Part shown: positions 48,265 to 61,701 of the stretch, piece after piece
How positions within the stretch are numbered: the first letter of the stretch is position 1
How the letters are laid out: every line of letters begins with the position of its first letter
NCBI RefSeq assembly: GCF_026210795.1
Contig: NC_089430.1
Coordinates: 992,001 to 1,056,000 of the forward strand
DNA length: 64,000 bases
Direction of reading: 5' to 3'
Source: Rhizophagus irregularis
Taxonomy: Eukaryota
Notes under the pieces: model-generated
Told to the model about the DNA's origin: nothing
What the model saw: the letters and a program-made list of their open reading frames with translations, nothing else
The model's database searches: none
Translations under genes and position numbers: made by a program

Positions 48265-50482
48265 ATGCACAATACTAGATCTCAACAAAAAGAATCAGAT
48301 TCCCGTTCTCACTCACATCGTTCTCATCAACGATCCCATTCACGTTGTTTCCATCGTCGTTCTCACTCACATCGTTCTCATCAACGATCCCATTCACGTT
48401 GTTCCCATCGTCGTTCTCACTCACGTCATTCTCATCAACGATCCCACTCACGTCGTTCCCATCGTCGTTCTCACTCACGTCGTTCACATCGTCGTTCTCA
48501 TTCACGTCGTTCCCATCATCGTTCCCAACCTCGTAGTCGTAGTCATTCCCAATCTCGTAGTCGTAGTCATTCCCAATCTCGTAGTCGTAGTCATTCCCAA
48601 TCTCGTAGTCGTAGTCGTTCCCAATCTCGTAGTCACCGATTACGACAACAACATACCTCTCTATCCCATTCTAGTTCCCCTATCCGTTCACGTCGACATC
48701 ATCGATCACATAAATCACAATCTAGATCCCACAGTTCTAACCATCATCGATCCTATTATGAAGTATCTGATTCTAATGATCAATTTACCACTCTCTCATC
48801 CAAAGATTCATCACCACAAAATAGAGGGAGATCATTAACAAAAAGTAATATTATTTTAAATTAGTCTTAATTACATTTCAAAACATATACCGATTTAACA
48901 TAATTATTATAGGAACACTTACAAATCAATCTTCGATATTGCAAAATCAACCTTCCTCTTCAATTACTCCGGCTCTAAATAGCGGTATTATTTCCCTCAC
49001 GCTCCTATTCTGACTTACATGTAAAAAAAAAAAATTTCAAAATGAATTATATTAAATACTGACTTATAATAGGTGGCGTTGAAAACCAAGAAATTCAAGA
49101 ATTAAGAAATGTAATCTTAAATCTCACACAACGCTTAAATAACCTAACCGAAAAAAATGCTAGTCATGAAGAACCTTTAGTTAATCGTCCCAATAGAAGC
49201 TTATCGCCTATTCTTATTAGAGAACAGAAACGTGAGCTGCCACTCATGTCAAGTAATTATAAGAAGACACTTCACGTAAATATACATTTTTATTAAAATT
49301 TATCTTTATTAAATTAAATATTTGATCATTTAATGACTGTTTTATTAAATAGGATGAAGTAGTCCATATTCTCAATAATCTTAATCAGTCGCTTCAATTC
49401 GACCTATCAAAGACGTACAGTGAACAAAAAAAAACAATAGAAAGAAAACTTTTGCCAGCAGTAAAATCGGCCATGAATCCTTCTATTGTAGCATATGATA
49501 TAGAGATAGTAAGAATCATAAAACAATTGCATAAATCTCGCCGAGAGATTTGGAAACTGCAAAAAGAGGGTAAAATGCCGGAACATACCAAAAGACAACA
49601 CATGATATCCAGAAGGGATCAGGTATAAAATTCATTATTTAATAATAAAAACATATACAATTAATTAATTTTTTAATTTACTCTTCAATAGAAGATGTCC
49701 TGGCGCAGAAGAGGATTGCAGCACATGATATCGACACGAGACAAACTTTTGACTGAATGCCAACCTCGTAACTTAAAATGGGAAGAATTTATCAAAGATT
49801 GTATAAAGGCGACTAATACTTCAGACATACACTCGGACGAATGGTCCACAGAAGACGAGGAATTAGCAAACAAAGAACGCAGTAAAAATACAAGATCAGG
49901 TCGATTAATTAACAATAATTCAGTAATAAAGATTTACGACAAGAAGTGGCGGTCGTCGGGAGTATGCGAAGTCGTGATGTTATTAATGAATATAACATTT
50001 ATGCTTAATAAATTATAAATTTTTATTAGATTCAAAAAATTCTACATCGATCGGAAGAAATTGGTATTAGCATCGGATCTGGTCTAAGTCGTCCACGTTA
50101 CCGCTCAGATGAAAATTTTGACAAAAAAAGCAAACCAAAGGAGAACATTCCCAGTTGGTGGATTTCGTCAAGCTGGATTGCACAAGAATCTGACGAAGAT
50201 GGTGATGAAGAGGATAATAGTGACGACGATAACAATGACGATAACAATGACGACAATAACGACAAAGATAAAAACAATGCTAGTAACGATAAAAATGACA
50301 ATAACGTTAACGATGATAATAACGATAAGAATGATGACGATAAGAAAACCGATAATAATGATTATATTCTTATCGATGACAGCGATGAAAAGGATGATCC
50401 ATTTCGACTAGTGGTTCCAAAAGAAATTATTAGGGGATCAACTACTAAAAAACGTTCTCTTTTAAAAAGTGAAAGAAAATAG
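48265..50482 (+). CDS. Multi-exon CACTA accessory gene B, paralogue of gene A
   Basis: Same architecture and intron positions (after RGRSLTK, TL(R/H)|DEVV, RRDQ|KM, W(K/R)S..|I). Confidence 0.7.
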
Positions 50483-50708
50483 TAAGATGATTATAACACA
50501 TAGTAATGATAAATATAGCAAGAATATAATAATAAATATATCATAATAATAAATATAGCAAGAATATAATAATAAATATATCATAAACTGCAAAATAAAA
50601 AAAACGTATATTACAATGTGTTCATATAAATTAAAATTGGTCAATAATAGAAAAAAACGGGTAATGATGAATTATGAAAAAATCAAAAATAGAAAGATTC
50701 TGGCTTAC

Positions 50709-51536
50709 TCGAAATAAAAACAGGCATAGGTTATTTTAAGTATTGTTTTTACCGATCTATGAATCGGCATTCCTTTTCAATTCTATTTGTGATCGAAATA
50801 AAAACAGGCATATGTTATTTTAAGTATTGTTCTTACTGATCTATGAATCGGCATTTCTATTCAATTCTATTTGTGATCGAAATAAAAACAGGCATATGTT
50901 ATTTTAAGTATTGTTCTTACTGATCTATGAATCGGCATTTCTATTCAATTCTATTTGTGATCGAAATAAAAACAGGCATATGTTATTTTAAGTATTGTTC
51001 TTACTGATCTATGAATCGGCATTTCTATTCAATTCTATTTGTGATCGAAATAAAAACAGGCATATGTTATTTTAAGTATTGTTCTTACTGATCTATGAAT
51101 CGGCATTTCTATTCAATTCTATTTGTGATCAAAATAAAAACAGGCATATGTTATTTTAAGTATTGTTCTTACTGATCTATGAATCGGCATTTCTATTCAA
51201 TTCTATTTGTGATCGAAATAAAAACAGGCATATGTTATTTTAAGTATTGTTCTTACTGATCTATGAATCGGCATTTCTATTCAATTCTATTTGTGATCAA
51301 AATAAAAACAGGCATATGTTATTTTAAGTATTGTTCTTACTGATCTATGAATCGGCATTTCTATTCAATTCTATTTGTGATCGAAATAAAAACAGGCATA
51401 TGTTATTTTAAGTATTGTTCTTACCGATCTATGAATCGGCATTCCTTTTCAATTCTATTTGTGATCGAAATAAAAACAGGCATATGTTATTTTAAGTATT
51501 GTTCTTACTGATCTATGAATCGGCATTTCTATTTGT
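50709..51536. repeat. ~10 x 84-bp tandem repeat (right subterminal)
   Basis: AAATAAAAACAGGCATA recurs every 84 bp from 50711 to 51467 with near-identical units. Confidence 0.95.
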
Positions 51537-53681
51537 GAGAATGGCATGATTATCGCAGTCCGATTCTGCATGAATCTGCATGGTAGTATAAGTCTATTGT
51601 GCCAATTTATAAATCGGCACTTATTTTTTGAAAAATTATTATACGAATCAGTACAATAGGCAGTCTGATTTGGGAGATTATTGAAGAATCGGCAGGTTCT
51701 GATTTAAAAATCGGCACTTCTATATGTTATGAATCAGCATGTTTATTTTCATGCCGGCAGTCTGATTGTGATGATATTTTGTAAATTTATTTACAAGTCG
51801 GCAGTCCGATTATTGTTTGAATCGGCATGATGGTTTAAAATGCGGCATTCCTATTTTTTGTCATTAAAAAGAGGAATTTCTATTTTTAGCAATTCGTGCC
51901 ATAAAATCGGCTGAATAAAGCCACGAATCGGACAAATACAGCCAAAAATCGGCAGTCCGATATTTGACTGATTTTTACTTATTTGACGTGTGTAATAGAT
52001 CAATGATCGCAAAAAAATATCTATGATTTTTCGAAGAACGAGGAAAATTATAGAGGAGGATGTTCTAGGAACCTAGGTTCATAGGGCAAGAGCCCTTAGC
52101 TGGGCAAAGCCCACGGTCAGTTTATAGTCCCGTTGTCCACTTATTATGCTAACATAATATATGAAAGTCCCCTCTGAGAGAGTTTCATTTTGACCTATGT
52201 TGCCTATGTTATCTCTCCCGAAGCTTTTCACATCTACGTTATTTTTCTGCAGTCACTCAAAGTCATGTGATTTCTGAGACAGCCCGTCCTGGAAATTACG
52301 AACGGTATGATCTGTAAAAATTTCAACGACCAGAAGTCGTCAAAGTTACGTGACTTTTATCGAAATTTGTGCCCATTTGGGGCAGTTTCCGACTGGGCTT
52401 CGCCCACGAAGTGAATTCTATTCACAGAATTTAATAGTTACCAATAGTTACTTAATATGTACTGCAGCTAATAACGCAGTATCAAAAAGAGTAACTGTTA
52501 TACCAAACATTGTTACCAAACGATTAATTGATCAGCATAATATTTTTAGTTTGGAACCAACAAAAATCACATATCACAGAATATACATAATATTTATTTC
52601 TGATGAAATATTTTGGTAACGATAACGATACATTGTTGATAATAAAGAATGTTTATTCCTCATAAATATCGGGATATTATACTGTCTGACCCGTTATACG
52701 CTGATGATGGCACTTTTATTATTTCTGGATCACGTGAATAGTTTACGTATGTGTAAATACGAATTAAATACTTGAGAAGAACATCTTAAAAGAGCTCAAC
52801 AAGCTAAATGGGAACAGAAACTGCAAGAAGAACATCTCCCAATGGAGGCCACTAAACAAGCCTTGTAAAAAAAGTCGATCCATTTTTTATGTTCCATCTT
52901 TTTTCCGTAAAAGGCTCATATTTCCAGAATTAATAACCTTATATCGCGGAATTTATTGAATTATTTACATTTTTCGTGAATGGATCCGTGAAAGGCTCAT
53001 TTTTACGGAGTTTTACAGAAATAACGGATAAAATTTTTTATAGGGAAGCTGATATAGCTGAAAAGAAAAGTAAAAGCCGCATTTATTGGCACCAGTTGGA
53101 ATCACGTTCTCATGCGTCAACCAGATTAACATCTCTCAGTAATTATTATCATAATCATATGACACGACATCATAAAGAATATACGAAAGCTTCAGGTGAC
53201 CGTAAACTTCAAAAGAAATTACGTCAAGAATTGAATCAATTTACCCGGCAGTTTCCTGGTATAATCTTTTATCACATCGTAACCTGATTAAAGAGAAACA
53301 GCTCCGCTATACTTTTATATCTGTTTTTTTTTCCTTTTTACCCTTTTCGTTATTTGGAGTCAGTTACCCCTTTTAATATAGATTTTCTATTTCTATGTCA
53401 GTATTATACCTTAATGGTTTGGTTTATTTACTTTAACAACTTAGAATAGTGTGAATCATTCCACCTATGACAGTATTTACAGGTGGCAGCTTTTAGTCGA
53501 AAGAAAAATACGGATTATTAATTTTATTTTTTGATTGTACTAGAGATTTTCTTTTTTGGTACCCTTTATTATTATATTCCCTATTTGATTCGGTCGGATT
53601 TCTTGATAGTTCTCATTATATTTTTAGTTGGGGCTTGATTTCTTTTTTTCAATTTTAATTGAGGCGAAGTTTTATATTGTG

Positions 53682-54153
53682 TGTCATCAGGCTGGATGTG
53701 GGAGGTGCAAGCACCACCCACCTCCGGGTCTACAACCCGTCGCAGTACCTATATAGCCCCTACGGGGCTCAGGAATCCCCATATATCCGCCACAATCTGG
53801 GATAACATCTGGAACAAATATATATACCAAATAACTAGAAAACAATAGAAAAGGAAGCAATAACGGATATAATGAGAGGGTTGTCCCAGATGTGGCAGAT
53901 GTGGCAGATGTTTCAGAAAAATTATGAGAGGACATCCCCCCAGAAAAAGTTTTATTTTTACCCCCCAGATCTGCCACATCCGGAACATCTGGAACAAGTC
54001 AGGATTCCATCTAATAATCTGTTGGAAGCAGTGAGATAGCAAACCAGGTAAGTTAGCAGGTAAGCCCCTAGAAGCAAGATCTATAGAGCCAGTAAGACCA
54101 ACCCCGTCCTGCCCCCGTCAGAAAAAATAAGTAATTGAACAATGGGTATACCA
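53682..54153. repeat. Left TIR of element 3
   Basis: TGTCATCAGGCTGGATGTGGGAGG...GAACAATGGGTATACCA. Confidence 0.85.
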
Positions 54154-54166
54154 TAAGTAACATACA

Positions 54167-54604
54167 ATGATGAACTTACACGCAGCCACTTCTCTTACCG
54201 AAGATCTTGGTCTTGATCTTGTAGACATCTATGGAATCCATAAATGGATCCAAATGCAGGCATCACCTCTCAACAACCTGGACATAGTAAGAGAGATGGT
54301 CAGAAACCTTCCAGTCAAAGAATTTGGAAAGCATCTCAAGATAAACAGACTCTGGTACAACTGTTGTAAAGCCAAGTTATGGAAGCGGCATAAAGAAGCC
54401 GAGGAGGCATACAACAGGGCAGTAGAAAAGAAGGAAAAAGCGGGGGATGATCTTGGTCAGTCATTTGAGGAAGAGGGTATTGGAAATCGTGAACTTCATG
54501 AGCTTAATTGGAAGGCATATCAAAAGGCTTGTAAAGAGTTATTGGAAGCTAGAAAAGAGCATTGTATGGTAAGGTGGGCTGTTGAGCGGTGTGGATTTCA
54601 CTAG
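54167..54604 (+). CDS. Hypothetical 145-aa protein, first ORF of element 3
   Basis: Clean intronless ORF directly inside the TIR. Confidence 0.6.
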   Translation: MMNLHAATSLTEDLGLDLVDIYGIHKWIQMQASPLNNLDIVREMVRNLPVKEFGKHLKINRLWYNCCKAKLWKRHKEAEEAYNRAVEKKEKAGDDLGQSFEEEGIGNRELHELNWKAYQKACKELLEARKEHCMVRWAVERCGFH

Positions 54605-54753
54605 ATATATGTGGATTGAAAAGGGGGAAGGGAAGATTTAGAGCAGTCGTAAAGGTTCGTGGTTTATAGTTTTTTTTTACCCCTAGAAGATAACCAGATA
54701 TAACCGAAGGACTGCAGAATTGCAGGACCACAGGACTAAAGGAGGATAACCGG

Positions 54754-55245
54754 TGATAACGAAGATTATGGTGCAGTAAAAATCACGAGATTCAAAAATC
54801 AGATGATTAATTAGTAGATCAATCATTATGTAATCAAATAATTTTGTAGATCTGATTAACGTTACAATTGTTATTTTTGTTATTTATATTATTTATGTTA
54901 TTTTTATTATTTTTATTATTTCTTTTATTTATTACATTTATTTTATTTACTTTATTTATTTTAGTTATATTATTTTCTTTATATTTTATTTTTATATAAA
55001 TATCTTTTGATTTTTTTAAGTTAAAGTGTGTGTCAGTGTGTCAGATAGATAAAAAATAGATAGTATAAGTTAGGGATTAACTTGTATTAACTATTTAATA
55101 AACTCTTATATTAAAAACGAACTGTGATTGTGTTATATTTTGCATATTGTGTTTTTGCGTGTCTTGCTGATATAAACTACATTATAGCTATTGACTCCCT
55201 AACGTTTAGTTATAGTTGACAGAGTCTGAGACGGACCTGTTAACA
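54754..55245 (+). repeat. 5' LTR
   Basis: TGATAACG...TGTTAACA, repeated at 62813-63305. Confidence 0.97.
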
Positions 55246-55248
55246 AAG

Positions 55249-55266
55249 TGGTGATTCCTGCCAGGT
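55249..55266 (+). promoter_or_regulatory. tRNA primer-binding site
   Basis: TGGTGATTCCTGCCAGG 3 nt after the 5' LTR. Cognate tRNA not determined. Confidence 0.8.
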
Positions 55267-55278
55267 CATAAGAGATTT

Positions 55279-58200
55279 ATGATCATACAAGATCATTTCG
55301 AACAACAATTACAATTAACTACTCGCCATACTGCTCAACATCTTTCAAATATAAATCCACCTACTACTGTAGATCATTCTTGTCGTATCTGTTATCCTTC
55401 ACCTCTTGTTTTACCACCTGCCTTTCAAAATTTCTGGAATTGGATTAGTAACTACTTCTTTGCAGTTAGTTATACCTCCTACACTATAAGGGCTTTACCT
55501 ATCTTCTGTCAAGCATATCAATTAGATAACAATAGAATCAAAGGACGTTTTAATTCTATCTAGTAAACTACTTTTTAGTATTAGATACCAGCAAAGACCT
55601 GATCCTATCAGAAATCTAGTATTTTTCTTTTTCAATCTTACTCATAGAACAAACTATTTTAATAATCCTGTTACACCTCAATTAGTTGCTCAACTTAACA
55701 CTGATATCCAAACTGAAAGAAATAATAACCCTAATAATCTCATAGATAACCCTCCTGTTTATAATCAAAATATGGCTGACGAAGCTGCTATCACCAATGC
55801 TTTGCAAACTGTTTTTGGTAATAATGCTGCCAATCTTTTGAGCAGAGGAAGTAATATTGCAAAAATTGAACCCTTTTCTGGAAAAGAAGATGAAGATCCT
55901 ATCGAATGGTTAGCTATTTTTGAAAAGGCTGCTGCTACTAATGGTTGGACTACTCCTGAGAGAAAACTAGCAGTTGCAGCTTCTTATTTAAGAGGTGCTG
56001 CATCTGATTGGTATGATACTAATTCTGCTACAATAGGTAACTACTGGGAATCTGAACAAAACACTGGCAATAATTTTACAGACCTTTTTAAAAAATATTT
56101 TGCAAATGATACTCGCAAAAATAAATGGTATCAGGAATTACTCACCTTAAGACAAGGTAGTAATGAAACAGTAGATGATTATGCCGCTAAATTCCAAAGG
56201 TTATTAAAGAGAGTTGATACTACCAATGCTATTCCTGATGCTCAGAAAATTAGAATGTTCCTTTTTGGATTAACTCCTACTATCACTCCTATGGTACATT
56301 TACAAGATGCTAATACTTTATCTGATGTCATTGGTAATGCAAGAAAAGTTGAAACCGGATTAAATTACGCACATTTAGGACCAAGTGTTACTGGAATTGC
56401 TACTAAAGTAGCTACTGTATCAACCACACCTGCAAAAACTGAAAGTCCTCAAATGGAAGCAATTGAAGCATTAACTCAACAAATGCAGAAACTTTCACTT
56501 AACTATGCAAATTTATCTAGTGCTTTATTAGCTCAAACTCAACCCATTCAACCACAACCTGTTAGAAGAATCCAACCTACGAGATATACTCAACCAAATA
56601 ATTTAACCCAAATTTTCAGACCTAATAGACCCAGAACTGATATAAGAGATATCGAATGCTACAGATGTAGAGAAAAAGGACATTACGCTAGAGATTGTAT
56701 GTCAGAAAGAAATGCAAGAAGACCTCAAAGAAGAGATGCTCATTATTTGGAAACATATGAAGAAACTTATGATTCTTATGATAATTATTATGAAGATGAA
56801 TATTATCAAGATTATTACGATGACAATTATGAGGAAGCTGAAGCCTATGTTACTACTCGTTCTAGATCTCAACCAATCACTAACTATAGGCCAAAACCTA
56901 AACAACCAAGAGCTGTAGAAAATATTATTTTATCTGAATCACAACAAGAACAGAGATTGAGAAGACCCCAACCAAGACAAAATATCAATATTCCAATGGA
57001 TGAAGTTATTGAAACAACTGCTACTCCTGCTGTTCCACCAAAAAGAACTGTTAAAAAAACCCCAAGAATGCCCTCAATTATTGAACAGATGCCTCCTTAT
57101 CGCATTTCAGATGACATATTAAATATGCCATCTTCAGCAAAGATTGGACAACTTTTGAAATATAACGACCAAAAGAAAGATTTTGCCAGAATTTTGAGAA
57201 GACCACCTAAGACTCAAGAAACTAACTATGTAGATAGAATCTCTGATTCAGAAGAAGGTGATACTAGAGACACCACTGCTGTGAAATGTGCAGTGAGAAT
57301 TAAAGGAGATCCTGTTTATGCAATTTTAGATTCAGGAGCTGCTGTTTGTGTTATCACCAAATCTCTTGCTCGAAAGTTGAGATTGGAAATCACTAAACCC
57401 TCCAACACTATTGTAGTCACTGCGGATGGGACAAGAAACAGAGCCTTAGGACAAATAGAAAAAGTACCTATAGTAATTCAAACTCTCCTTATCCCTACCA
57501 CTTTCCATGTTATTGACTCAAAGGATGAAACCCTACTCTTAGGAACTGACTGGTTTAGGCGTACCAGAGCTGTACTTGATTTCAATAATAAATCAGTTCA
57601 ATTGACTTTCCTAGCTAAAACTATTCTTGCACCTATTTCAATTCATATTGGAGAAGTTTCCAGATATGTATCTTTCCAAGAAGAAGAAATTGACAATGAA
57701 ATAGACGAAATTTTTGATGAATATGAGTATGAGGATGACCTAATTGAAAAAGAGATTCACCTTCTTAATAGTGAATCAAGTGAAGATGAAGAAATATGGG
57801 AACAATGGTATCAACAACCACTAAACTATAACCCTTTGGATGAAAAGGAGGAAATTCCTGACCAATATAATTTATTAGAAGATATTTTAAATGATTACCT
57901 AACTGAAGATGATGAAGATAAAACTAATAATCCTGCACTATTCTTAGCTCAAGCAGAAAAAGGAAATGAGTGGAATATCCAAAAAGACCTACATGTTGGA
58001 CCGCTTACAGATTATCAACAGACACAATTCCAACAAGTATTGAACAACAATGAAGATATTTGTGCAAAGAGCCAGACTGATATTGGGAGAACTGGATTAA
58101 TTAAACATCAAATCCACACTGGAGACGCTGCACCTCAAGCAAGAAGTCCCTACAGAACTAACCCTAAGAAGAAAGAATTCCTTAGAGAAGAAATAAAGAA

Positions 58201-59611
58201 GTTGGAACAACAAGGAATGATAAAGAAATCCATGAGCCCATGAGCTGCACCAGTAGTAATAGTAGACAAGAAAGGAGGAGACCTGCGAATGTGTGTTAAT
58301 TATAGACCGCTCAATAAAGTTACAAAACCTGACGCATATCCCTTACCTCGTATCAATGATTTGCTTGAATCCTTCAGAACTGCTAATTGGTTCTCTACAT
58401 TAGACCTTGCTAGTGGCTTTTGGCAAGTGGAAATGGATTCTAAAGACAAGGAAAAAACAGCTTTTATAACAGATTTTGGATTATATGAATTTAACGTCAT
58501 GCCTTTTGGATTGAGGAATGCTCCAGGAACCTTCCAAAGGTTAATGAACTATGTATTACAAGAGTTTTTGGGAAAATTCGTGGCTGTTTATTTAGATGAC
58601 ATAATTATTTACTCAAAGACCTTTGAACAACATCTGGATAATATTACTCAAGTTTTCCAAGCGCTCAGAAATGCTAATTTAAAAATTAAGCTGAAGAAAT
58701 GTTATTTTTGCCTTCCTAGTATTGCTTTCCTTGGACATATCGTAGGAAGAGATGGTATAAGAGTTGATCCTTCAAAAATAGAGAAGATTAGAAATTTTCC
58801 TGCACCCACCTCTGTTACTGAAATTAGATCGGTTTTAGGATTATTCTCCTATTACAGAAAATTTATCAAGGATTTTTCTAAAATTGCGAAGCCTATCTCT
58901 AAGTTATTACAAAAAGAAACTTCATTTCAATGGACAGAGAAGCAACAGAAAGCATTTGAATACCTGAAAGAAAGATTAATCTCAGCACCTATTTTGAGGT
59001 ATCCCGACTTTGAACAACCTTTTATTTTATATACTGATGCTTCTGGAACAGGATTAGGAGCTGTACTCTCTCAAAAAGATAAAGAAGGAAAAGAATATGT
59101 AGTTGCTTATGCAAGTAGAAGTTTAAATAAACATGAACAAAACTATGCTGTAACAGACCTAGAATGTTTGGCTATTGTATGGGCAATTAATTATTTTCAG
59201 CATTATTTAGGATTATTACCTTTCTCAGTAGTTACTGACCATTCTGCCCTCAAATGGTTACAAACTTCAAAAATTCCAACTGGAAGGAGAGCGAGATGGA
59301 TTATGCAACTACAGCAATATGATTTTACTATTCAGCATAGAGCTGGAAAAGCCAATGCCAATGCAGATGCTCTCTCAAGAATTAATCCAACAGAAAAACC
59401 TATTAATTCAGCTGAATGTTTTCTAGCAATTATTGGCGAAGAAAAGAATATTTATGAAGTACAAAATGATGGATATAGTAGACCACAAAGAATTCCTAAG
59501 AAATTCAACATTATTCAACCTGAATTTAAACCTGAATATTTAATTAATGAACCATTTTGGGAACACTCTCAAAGGAAATATCGATTTAATTTCTTTTCCC
59601 ATCTTTATTAA
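55279..59611 (+). pseudogene. gag-pol (Gag with CCHC knuckle, aspartic protease, RT, RNase H); TGG>TGA stop at 58241 and a frameshift in the 5' extension (~55525-55560)
   Basis: CYRCREKGHYARDC, ILDSGA, SP*AAPVV, YLDDIII, LYTDASG. The gag frame is open for >70 codons upstream of the ATG at 55772. Confidence 0.92.
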
Positions 59612-59731
59612 ATTTTCTTTTTTTATTTTATTATTTATTATTATTATTTATTTATTATCTATATAATTATCCAATTCAATTATTAACCAATTAAAACAAC
59701 AAAACCTTTAATAATAATCAATCAAAACAAT

Positions 59732-61024
59732 ATGGAACTACAACAATACCAAAACCTTTATCAATATTTACAATCACAACAACTACCACCAAATTTAACA
59801 ATACAACAAAAGTGCAAATTTATTAATTTTTCTAAAAATTTTATCATCAAAAATAACTTTATCTACAAAATAGACAAAAGACAACAAAACAATTTACTCA
59901 GAGTAATCAGAAATTATGAAGCAGAACCTGTTCTTTTTATGATGCATAATGATCCAACAGCTGGACATTTTGCTACAGATATAATGTTTGAGAAAATACG
60001 TTCCAGGTATTACTGGCCTCAAATGTATGAAAATATAAGAGCGTATGTTCAAGCATGTGATCAATGTCAAAGAAGGGGAAAGTATAAAAGAACAGAACCA
60101 TTACACCCAATACCTGCCTTTGAACCTTTTTATCAAATTGGAATAGATATAGTAGGACCTTTACCACGCTCTAAAAAAGGTAATAGATATATTGTAGTCG
60201 CAATAGATTATTTAACAAAATGGCCTGAAGCGAAAGCCTTATCAGAAGCTACAGCAGAAAATGTTGCTACCTTTATTTATGAAAATATTATTTGTCAACA
60301 TGGATGTCCTTCAAGAATTTTATCAGATAGAGGATCTCATTTCAATAATAAAATGATCGACAGTCTTACCCAGCGATTTCAAATTAAACATCATTTTTCT
60401 ACTCCTTATCATCCACAAACAAATGGATTAGTGGAACGATTTAATAGAACACTATGCGAAGCTTTAGCAAAAACTGCAACAGATACTGATGAATGGGATT
60501 TATTTATCGCACCAATTTTATTTGCATATAGAACCAGTAAAAATTCTTCAACAAAAATAGAACCTTTCTTTTTAGTATATGGACGATCAGCAAAATTACC
60601 AATAGATAATGATGATAATTTGTGTAATAATTCTGATACTTTATTAAAACGTGTCAAACATTTAATTGATGATGTACCACAAATCAGAGAAGAGGCACGT
60701 GTGCAGATCAATAAATCACAGCAGAAACAAAAGGATCGACATGACGCAAAATTAAAGAAAAATATTTCTTACCAAATAGGAGACAAAGTTCTTTATTTTA
60801 ATGCAGCTAAAGAAAAACAATGGTCTGAAAAATTAGACCCTAAATGGAAAGGACCATTTTACATCCATCAAGTTTTATTAAATGGATCATACAAATTAAG
60901 AACTTTGGAAGGACGAGTTTTAATAACTCCAGTTAATGGAACGTTACTTAAATTATATCATGATCGACAAAATTGGCAACCTATGGTTGTTATAAATAAT
61001 ATAAAAAGACTAGACGTTCAGTAA
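59732..61024 (+). CDS. Gypsy integrase as a separate ORF
   Basis: HHCC (HNDPTAGH...CDQC), GIDIVGP, SDRGSHF, PQTNGLVERFN and a GPF module. Confidence 0.95.
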   Translation: MELQQYQNLYQYLQSQQLPPNLTIQQKCKFINFSKNFIIKNNFIYKIDKRQQNNLLRVIRNYEAEPVLFMMHNDPTAGHFATDIMFEKIRSRYYWPQMYENIRAYVQACDQCQRRGKYKRTEPLHPIPAFEPFYQIGIDIVGPLPRSKKGNRYIVVAIDYLTKWPEAKALSEATAENVATFIYENIICQHGCPSRILSDRGSHFNNKMIDSLTQRFQIKHHFSTPYHPQTNGLVERFNRTLCEALAKTATDTDEWDLFIAPILFAYRTSKNSSTKIEPFFLVYGRSAKLPIDNDDNLCNNSDTLLKRVKHLIDDVPQIREEARVQINKSQQKQKDRHDAKLKKNISYQIGDKVLYFNAAKEKQWSEKLDPKWKGPFYIHQVLLNGSYKLRTLEGRVLITPVNGTLLKLYHDRQNWQPMVVINNIKRLDVQ

Positions 61025-61043
61025 ATAAGAAATAATTTTCAAA

Positions 61044-61445
61044 ATGACTCCAGTAGATATTTTCAACGATTTAATGGAAATTGAACCAATAGAAATAATT
61101 TTTCCTGAAGATCCTGTAAATGACGAATCATCATCAGACCAAAAATTTATCCAATACTATCAATTATTACAAAGATATTCACGACTAAAAAGGAGACAAT
61201 ACACTTTATTTTATGCTTATAAACTTGGACAATTATTAGAAAATCAAATATTATCACGTGCTTAGAAAACTTTATTTAGATCTAGAATGACGACACACTT
61301 TTATCAAGGATGTATTAGAACCTATCATATTTTTCTTAATATAGGAGTAGAACAAATATTTAGAACAAAATTAGTAACTTTTATGATGTTGAAAAAGTTA
61401 AAGTCACAAGAATTTCGATTATTATGTGGAGCTGAATTTAGTTAA
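61044..61445 (+). pseudogene. Extra ORF downstream of integrase (one internal stop at 61263)
   Basis: Frame continues after TAG as KTLFRSRMTTHFYQGCIRTYHIFLNIGVEQIFRTK... Confidence 0.5.
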
Positions 61446-61701
61446 TGATAATCCTTAAAATCGATAAATTAATCGTAAATGATTGACAAAATTAGAAATC
61501 AATGATGATCGACAAATCAAATTAGTTTTTATGTTGAACAAACTGATCAAAAATGATCAGCATGAATATGCGACTCAATGCCCCAGAAAATTTACAAAAT
61601 TTTTTTAAAAAAAAAAAAAAAAAAATTTTTTTTTATCATATATATATTATATTTATTATATAACAAAATAATAAAAGATGATTACATAATAGAAAAGAAA
61701 A

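Larger units (their letters stand above)
37534..51992. mobile_element. 14.5-kb CACTA/EnSpm transposon carrying a Tnp2-type transposase
   Basis: Termini CACAGGTCGAAT...ATTTGACGTGTG and 3-bp TSD TAA. The joined flanks match a paralogous empty site at ~29250-29400. Tandem subterminal arrays at both ends. Confidence 0.88.

Noticed and set aside
48265..48864. SR splicing factor or protamine gene
   Set aside because: No RRM; it is the low-complexity first exon of the CACTA accessory gene, paralleled in gene A.
50709..51536. CRISPR-like array
   Set aside because: Contiguous near-identical 84-bp units with no unique spacers; eukaryotic subterminal TE repeat.
52095..53045. Possible small MITEs (GGGC(A/T)(A/T)(A/C)GCCC ends at ~52100/52400; CCTTGTAAAAAAA...TTTTTTATAGGG at ~52860-53045)
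   Set aside because: TIRs are short and imperfect and no TSD could be fixed, so boundaries are unsupported.
28580..54153. One 25-kb element bounded by the inverted repeats at 28580-29048 and 53682-54153
   Set aside because: The termini face each other across the interval; the element genes lie outside it, so these are the right end of one element and the left end of another.
58235..58250. Programmed stop-codon readthrough in gypsy pol
   Set aside because: The TGA replaces the conserved Trp of the RT 'SPW' motif, so it is best explained as a TGG>TGA mutation.
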